NCBI GenBank assembly: GCA_046080785.1
Contig: JBJTUO010000008.1
Coordinates: 12,571-76,570, forward strand
Source of the DNA: Leptolyngbyaceae cyanobacterium
Lineage (GTDB): Bacteria > Cyanobacteriota > Cyanobacteriia > Leptolyngbyales > Leptolyngbyaceae
Length of the DNA: 64,000 nucleotides
Direction of reading: 5' to 3'
The notes beneath the pieces were generated by a model, which had not been told where the DNA came from, searched no databases, and was given only the letters and a program-made list of their open reading frames with translations. Made by a program: the position numbers and the translations under genes. Every line of letters begins with the position of its first letter. Position 1 is the first letter of the stretch. Below are positions 58,571 to 64,000 of the stretch, piece by piece.

Positions 58571-59554
58571 TCAGGAAGGGGCAGTTTCAGTGGGTGGCAT
58601 CGTAATTGCGGGCACTTCACCTTGCCAGCGTTGCCGTTGGATTTGACCAGGTGGATACTGCCGATAAGTTTTAAGGCGCTCGAATTCAGAGGCATCTGCC
58701 CAGATGATCCAGTGACACGGAGGCTGGGGTTGCTGTCGGGCTTTCACCCATCCCCGACGCATCCAATTGTACAGCGTCACCATTGGCATGTCTAAAGCAA
58801 GCGCTAAATCGGGCAACCACCACTCATGCGCTGCTAAAGGTTCCCGGGTGGAAGCGGCTCGACGAGTGCCTAATCCCAACCGTCGCATCAGCGTCTGAAC
58901 CTCCGCAGGCTTCAAGGTTGTCAGTCGCTTCGGTGGATAAAATCCTTCTGCAATTAAGCAATTGGTAATTTCTTCACCGCTCAATTGCGCATGAGCTAAT
59001 TGTTCTAAGCGTTGACACAGTTGAGGATAGTTGCTCAGTTGTGTCCACCGTGCCACTGGGCGAATGATTTGAGCTTGAGTCACTGTTCCACCCACCCATT
59101 CTATCGTGACCTGAACCAATTCACTTTCCCCTTGGACATCGACTCGAATTTGATGAATGACTTGTCGAATGATCTCTTTACGTTGCACTGGGGTGGTGCT
59201 GGGAGAATACCACAGTGTGGGCAGATTTTCAGCGAGTTGACGAATCATCTGTTTCTCTTGCTCAGAGAATGATTTAGGTTGTTGATGAGAGAATCTTTTG
59301 TATTCCTCTTGAAGTTGCTGATAATCTTTTAGTTTTGCTTCCCACTCTTGTGCTAATTGTCGTGCAACCAAACGATTTTCAGGTTCAACTAAGCGATAAT
59401 GTCTGCCTGCTCTTTGAGCTTCAAAATCTGCTCTCTCTACTCGTTGCTGCCATAATTTATCTAGTTCTAACCGCTCTTGTTCCAGATGTGTCTCGGCTTG
59501 CAACGATAATTGCGACCGGTTGTTCTTTGGCGGCACAGTAGTTTGGGGTCCCAA
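58571..59554 (-). pseudogene. C-terminal half of a large serine recombinase (the catalytic resolvase domain is missing)
   Basis: The coiled-coil and recombinase-domain sequence YRLVEPENRLVARQLAQEWEAKLKDYQQLQEEY is typical of large serine recombinases. No N-terminal catalytic serine domain is present. The 5' end runs into the IS66-like fragment. Confidence 0.6.
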
Positions 59555-59737
59555 AGTGCCACTGGAAGTCTATTTGTGGGGCGGATGTTGACGGTCGTCA
59601 CCACCCTCCGCTTGCAAGGACGAAATGTGCTGGATTATCTGACGGAAGCCTGTCGAGCCAAGCGCCAAGGAAAACCACTTCCATCGTTGCTACCGAACAC
59701 CGCCATAGCTGTCAATTTACTTCCCTCTGTCGCCTGA
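59510..59737 (+). pseudogene. C-terminal fragment of an IS66-family-like transposase
   Basis: The sequence WRHSSLGSQSATGSLFVGRMLTVVTTLRLQGRNVLDYLTEACRAKRQGKPLPSLLP resembles the conserved C-terminal tail of cyanobacterial IS66-type transposases. Only about 70 codons are present. Confidence 0.5.
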
Positions 59738-59775
59738 GACCCCCTGAAAAAGTACAAATCAGTTTTAGTCAAAAC

Positions 59776-61479
59776 TCATAGAGGGAAATCAGATCTCCAA
59801 ATATGAGTGGCTCTCTGTGCCAAGTTTCTCTGCCGCGTAGTGAGTATATTTGGAGTCCACTCTTCAGCTAATATATTTTGTGTCAGCTTATACACACTCT
59901 GTTGATAAACTTCCCGCTTTACTGGATAAAGCTCATTTCCAACTTGACGATTGAGATGAGGTTCTAAGGGTGTCAAATTCCCAATGCGATACACCATTTC
60001 TTCTATTTGCGTATCAGTAAAGTTTTGCCTCCATTCACTATTGGGTGACTCAGGCAAGATATGTTCAATAGAAAAACTATCTTCATTCACCTTGATATGT
60101 GATGTATCTGCCTCAAGCTTGCATAAAACATAGCGGACTAATTTCTTTTTCTGCCCTTTTGTGGAAATTGAAAGTAAAGAAAAGTCCTGTAAGAACTTCT
60201 CATCTGAAACATATACTGATCGAAGATTATCAAACACTTGTTTGGGGTTGGTTATTTCACCATTAGTGATCGAAATTGCAACCCTATTGTAAAGCGTCTC
60301 TAATTCATTAGGATTTAGGCTACTAACAACGGTGTAGCGAAAAGAAAGCACACATACAAGCTTTAACAGACGTGTAAAGTTTTCAGGGGAGAACCTCTCG
60401 TATGCAGTAAATAAAGTCGGATAAGCTTGCTTTACTCGAAATAACTCAAGTTCACGGATATATGGGCGGTTTTCTGGAGCATCTCGCCAGAATTCATCAT
60501 TAGAATTACTGAGAGCAATAAAGAGACTGCCGTAATTTTCAAGTTGATCAAGTAATTCAAATGCTTGTTGACCACTCTTTACAGATTCACGAACTATTTT
60601 GAATAATCTTTCTCGTCTTACCCTAGCTTGTTTAAGGCTAAAATAATAACGGAGAAATTCAGGAAACTTCTCCATTTGAACTGTATTAATAATTCTTCTC
60701 CACTGCCTTTGCGCTTCCTGTAAATCATCTGGGCCTTGAAAGAGAGAAAATAAGTAATTCTTCAATAGATCTGTTGAACTGAGTTCTATGCCTCTAGCAT
60801 TTAAAGTTTCAAATACAGTATAAGCATTTAATTCGTCTTCAACATTAATCTGAATAAAAAGCAGTCTTTGAGCAATGGTATCTGTTAAAAACTCAGTTAG
60901 TTTCTCGCCACTCCGAATAACATCTTCAAGTTCTGCTAAATGGTTTGAAAAATACTGAAAAGCCTGCCAGAGCAATTGATTAGATTTTGAGAGGGATCGG
61001 ATGTTCAGAGGTCTTCTAAGATTAATCAAATTACTCTGATAGAAATCATTATTATTTTCATTCAAAATAATCTTGCTTGAATAACGAAGAGAGCGAGGAT
61101 CTCTATCACTAAGATAAGTGCGTCTTAAAATTTCTTGTCGATCCTGGTTAGCTTCCTTTTGTTCTTCCCGCGCTACTAAGTTTTGAATTTTCTCGATCAC
61201 GGCGATCGCAATAATACTGAGAGTGGCTAGCCGTTGTTGTCCATCAATGATTGTAAACTCTTTATCTGAAGCACTAGAGCTTTGTAGAACAAGTGCTCCC
61301 ATATAGTGACTGGAATCAGGATTGGTGTGCAGCACCAAAATATCCTGCCAAAGATCTTCCCAATTTTCTTCATTCCAAGAGTAATCACGCTGAAAAGATG
61401 GTACTCGGTAAATCTTGCCATTACCAATTAAGTCACCGAAACTGGTAGTGCGTGTATCTAGCAGCTTGATCCGAGCCAT
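59776..61479 (-). CDS. GmrSD-like type IV restriction endonuclease (DUF262 + DUF1524)
   Basis: The 567-aa ORF has N-terminal DUF262 motifs (YRVPSFQRDYSW and FTIIDGQQRLATL) and a C-terminal DUF1524 His-Me-finger-like region (FSIEHILPESP...IGNLTPLEPHLNRQVGN). It is much more AT-rich than the flanking genes. Confidence 0.85.
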   Translation of the reverse strand: MARIKLLDTRTTSFGDLIGNGKIYRVPSFQRDYSWNEENWEDLWQDILVLHTNPDSSHYMGALVLQSSSASDKEFTIIDGQQRLATLSIIAIAVIEKIQNLVAREEQKEANQDRQEILRRTYLSDRDPRSLRYSSKIILNENNNDFYQSNLINLRRPLNIRSLSKSNQLLWQAFQYFSNHLAELEDVIRSGEKLTEFLTDTIAQRLLFIQINVEDELNAYTVFETLNARGIELSSTDLLKNYLFSLFQGPDDLQEAQRQWRRIINTVQMEKFPEFLRYYFSLKQARVRRERLFKIVRESVKSGQQAFELLDQLENYGSLFIALSNSNDEFWRDAPENRPYIRELELFRVKQAYPTLFTAYERFSPENFTRLLKLVCVLSFRYTVVSSLNPNELETLYNRVAISITNGEITNPKQVFDNLRSVYVSDEKFLQDFSLLSISTKGQKKKLVRYVLCKLEADTSHIKVNEDSFSIEHILPESPNSEWRQNFTDTQIEEMVYRIGNLTPLEPHLNRQVGNELYPVKREVYQQSVYKLTQNILAEEWTPNILTTRQRNLAQRATHIWRSDFPL

Positions 61480-61838
61480 GAATTAGGACGAGTAAACTAA
61501 CTCCCACCTCTAAGGTATCAGGAGGCTGTTCATTTAGGGTAGCTGAAGCTCCGGCAAGCTAACATAGTCCCTGAGGCGGACGGTACAGAGGGTGTCGATG
61601 AAAATTCAAGCTTGTCCGCCGCCGCACAACTTCACCGTATGCGATTCGTTCATCTAGGTTAACTGGGCGATCGGCCCGTGGGTCTTGCAATGTTGGCACA
61701 TAGGGGGGCGGGCTGAGTCGTTACGTTGCTTCTTTGTCTAAGCCTCACAGGGTTTTTACCTCAGCTTCACCTGACCGCGGTTATGAAAGGCTACTCTGAA
61801 TACAGATGGGTTGTGTAATTCCCACTCCTAAATGGAGA

Positions 61839-61869
61839 GCGGACAGTCGGGGGGCTTTTGACTGTCCGC
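61839..61869. terminator. Strong hairpin abutting the gshB stop (candidate bidirectional terminator)
   Basis: GCGGACAGTC-(11 nt)-GACTGTCCGC forms a perfect 10-bp stem that G-U pairs can extend. TTTA follows on the plus strand. The hairpin begins 1 nt beyond the gshB stop codon on the minus strand. Confidence 0.5.
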
Positions 61870-61870
61870 T

Positions 61871-62851
61871 TTACCTATTGTTGAATCCGTGTTTGGTAGC
61901 CTCAAGCCACTTAACAACTTGCATGCCGAGGCGGGTACCGCTCAGTCGATCGATTTCTCGCACTCCCGTTGGGCTGGTGACATTCACCTCAGTTAGATAG
62001 CCCCCGATGATATCAATCCCGACAAAGACCAAGCCATCTCGCTGCAGTGTAGGTGCCAGTTGGGCACATATATCCCGTTCCCGATCGGTGATTTCGGTTT
62101 GAGCCACCCTGCCCCCAACAGCCATATTGCCGCGAAATTCGTTACCAGTAGGGATGCGATTCACAGCCCCGATCGGTTCTCCATTCAAGAGGATAATGCG
62201 CTTATCGCCCTCCTTTGCGGCTGGTAAGTAAGTTTGCACCATCACAGGCACCTGGCCCTGGTGGGTGCTGATTTCTACTAGGGAGTTGAGGTTGCGATCG
62301 CCGGCATGGAGAAACAAAATTCCTTCTCCGGCTTTCCCCCCTAAAGGTTTCAACACAGCAGATTGGTTGTGCTCAACAAACTGGCGAATCACCTGTTTAT
62401 TCTGGCTAACAATGGTTTCCGGAATCGCGCCGCTAAATTGTAAGGCGTACATTTTCTCATTGGCAGCCCGAATCCCCGCAGGGGCATTGATCACCCGTGT
62501 CTGAGTCGGGTCAATGTAATCCAGAATATAGGTGGCGTAGAGATAGGGCACCGTCACGGGTGGATCCGTCCGCATGAAGACGGCGTCCATCGTGGCCAGA
62601 GGCCGCAGTTCCCTATCCCCCAGTTCAAACCAGGGCGTTCCCATGACCCAACCACCTTCCCGCAGTTGTTCTGCGGTCAGGTGGATCGGCTGTAACAAAG
62701 CGGTGGCCTTGCCATCGACGACCCCTAGCTGGTGGGCCTGGGTCACCCAAACTTCATGGCCTGACTCTTGAGCGGCTTCCATCAAAGCCACGCTGGTATC
62801 GCGCCCCGGATCAAGACGCTCCACCGGGTCAATAATAAATGCAAATTTCAC
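61871..62851 (-). CDS. gshB: Glutathione synthase
   Basis: The 326-aa ATP-grasp protein reads MKFAFIIDPVERLDPGRDTS...VLKPLGGKAGEGI...GGYLTEVNVTSPTG. Confidence 0.93.
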   Translation of the reverse strand: MKFAFIIDPVERLDPGRDTSVALMEAAQESGHEVWVTQAHQLGVVDGKATALLQPIHLTAEQLREGGWVMGTPWFELGDRELRPLATMDAVFMRTDPPVTVPYLYATYILDYIDPTQTRVINAPAGIRAANEKMYALQFSGAIPETIVSQNKQVIRQFVEHNQSAVLKPLGGKAGEGILFLHAGDRNLNSLVEISTHQGQVPVMVQTYLPAAKEGDKRIILLNGEPIGAVNRIPTGNEFRGNMAVGGRVAQTEITDRERDICAQLAPTLQRDGLVFVGIDIIGGYLTEVNVTSPTGVREIDRLSGTRLGMQVVKWLEATKHGFNNR

Positions 62852-62887
62852 GGGACTATCCTAATGACGGTGGGCAGCCCTGATCTG

Positions 62888-63148
62888 CTAACCGACCAAC
62901 AAAGGATCTAGCTGACCTTTAGCATTCAGGGCATAAATATCATCGCATCCCCCAATGTGTTGATTGTTGATGAAAATTTGAGGCAGGCTGCGGCGACCCT
63001 GCGATCGCTGGGCCATCTTAGCCCGGGCCGCCTCATCCCCATCAATGCAGTATTCGGTGTACTGCACTCCTTTTTTATCGAGCAACGCTTTGGCCCGGAT
63101 GCAAAATGGGCAGGTACTCCAGGTATAGATCTCAACGGTTGGCGTCAT
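62888..63148 (-). CDS. grxC: Glutaredoxin 3
   Basis: The 86-aa ORF has the CPFC active site (VEIYTWSTCPFCIRAKALL) and the sequence ...LPQIFINNQHIGGCDD. Confidence 0.9.
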   Translation of the reverse strand: MTPTVEIYTWSTCPFCIRAKALLDKKGVQYTEYCIDGDEAARAKMAQRSQGRRSLPQIFINNQHIGGCDDIYALNAKGQLDPLLVG

Positions 63149-63177
63149 ATTTCTTAACGATTGTCTTCTGCTCTATT

Positions 63178-64000
63178 CTAAACCGACCCCTCCCCCGTAA
63201 TCGATAGCTCATTGACCCAGATATAGGGACACAGCCCCCCAGCGGTGAGGTGGCTCTCTTGTCCCACATAGATGATGTTTTTCAGCAGGTCTAAAAAGTC
63301 TCCCGCCACAGTCGCTGACTCAATACTGGCGCGGCTGCCGCGATTTAGCAGCCAGCCATCAAAGGGGAGGGAAAATGAGCCCTGTAACGCTTTCACCCCG
63401 GCATGGAGAGCCTGTACCTCATCAATCAAAACGACGGCTTCAGCCGTTTCCAGATCATAGGATTGGGCCGCAGGTTGCCCGGCAAAGACATGAAAAAAGT
63501 GGGGGCTGACGGTAACCTTGGCTCCCATACTGGCATGACCTGTGGGATGGGCATTTAACCGCCTGGCTGTACCCGCACTATGGAGAAAGCCAGTTAAAAT
63601 CCCATCGGTAATCAGGGGAGTGCGGCGGGTGGGGGTGCCTTCCCCATCAAAGGTGATGGCCGCAGCATTGTCGGGATGCAGGGCATCATCACAGACTGAC
63701 AGCACAGGAGCGGCGATCGCGGTTCCCAGGGATTCTGGGGTTGAGAGACTTTGTTTGTCTAGAATATTTTGAGCATTAAACAGATTGGAGAAGGCACCCA
63801 ATAAGCTGAGAAAGGCCTCAGGGGAAAAGACCACCCGGTATTTGCCGGTGGGAATGCTGTGATAGTCGAGGTGGCTGATGGTTTTGTCGGCGGTTTCCTG
63901 TAAACAACCCCCAATATCGAGGCTACCCAGACCGCGGCTGATGCGAAAGGCCCCTGCGCTGCGGGGCTTTTTCCCTTCTTCTTCAGTTTTGCTATAGAGA
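63178..64000 (-). CDS. TldD/PmbA family protein, 5'-partial (continues beyond the right window edge)
   Basis: The ORF track stops at an internal GTG (63834). My translation of 63835-64000 in the same frame has no stop codon (...YSKTEEEGKKPRSAGAFRISRGLGSLDIGGCLQETADKTISHLDYHSIPTGKYRVVFSPEAF...). The C-terminus is family-typical (GSFSLPFDGWLLNRG...TVAGDFLDLLKNI). Confidence 0.85.
   Translation of the reverse strand, partial: LYSKTEEEGKKPRSAGAFRISRGLGSLDIGGCLQETADKTISHLDYHSIPTGKYRVVFSPEAFLSLLGAFSNLFNAQNILDKQSLSTPESLGTAIAAPVLSVCDDALHPDNAAAITFDGEGTPTRRTPLITDGILTGFLHSAGTARRLNAHPTGHASMGAKVTVSPHFFHVFAGQPAAQSYDLETAEAVVLIDEVQALHAGVKALQGSFSLPFDGWLLNRGSRASIESATVAGDFLDLLKNIIYVGQESHLTAGGLCPYIWVNELSITGEGSV

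Noticed and set aside
57482-61530. A shared 9-mer, GAGGCTGTT (57482-57490 and 61522-61530), could be direct repeats flanking the whole 57.5-61.5 kb island.
   Set aside because: The match is only 9 nt. By rough estimate it is compatible with chance given the search space, so it is not adequate evidence for att sites.

Overview
This is a chromosomal segment from a cyanobacterium. HIP1 palindromes (GCGATCGC) occur throughout, and the gene set includes psaC, a Tab2 homologue, a Ycf49-like protein, a BciB-like reductase, CsaB and a pentapeptide-repeat protein. I support about 55 protein-coding genes or gene fragments and one tRNA-Arg(ACG). I found no rRNA and no CRISPR array.

Most of the window is housekeeping:
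- aroK, pnp, cobI, cbiB, acpP-fabF, moaC, nadA, rpiA and gshB-grxC
- UDP-glucose dehydrogenase and UDP-xylose synthase
- two TldD/PmbA paralogues
- two c-di-GMP signalling proteins
- an SNF2 helicase

Five patches are accessory or unexplained:
1. 0.6-2.3 kb: an internally deleted IS that truncates a PAS gene, an IscB/RRXRR-like C-terminal remnant, and a hairpin repeat that recurs at 8.0 kb and 15.0 kb.
2. 3.0-4.35 kb: 1.3 kb with no supported ORF, containing a roughly 200-bp densely self-complementary element.
3. 41.05 kb: an orphan trypco2-like small protein.
4. 43.8 kb and 28.25 kb: a small dispersed palindromic repeat.
5. 57.5-61.9 kb: nested fragments of three different mobile-element genes, a visibly AT-rich GmrSD-like (DUF262+DUF1524) type IV restriction gene, and 390 nt of orphan non-coding DNA ending in a very strong hairpin.

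I did not find a convincing multi-gene undescribed system. Patch 5 and the repeat/structured-element families are the best candidates for follow-up. All homology calls come from motif recognition by eye, not from database searches.
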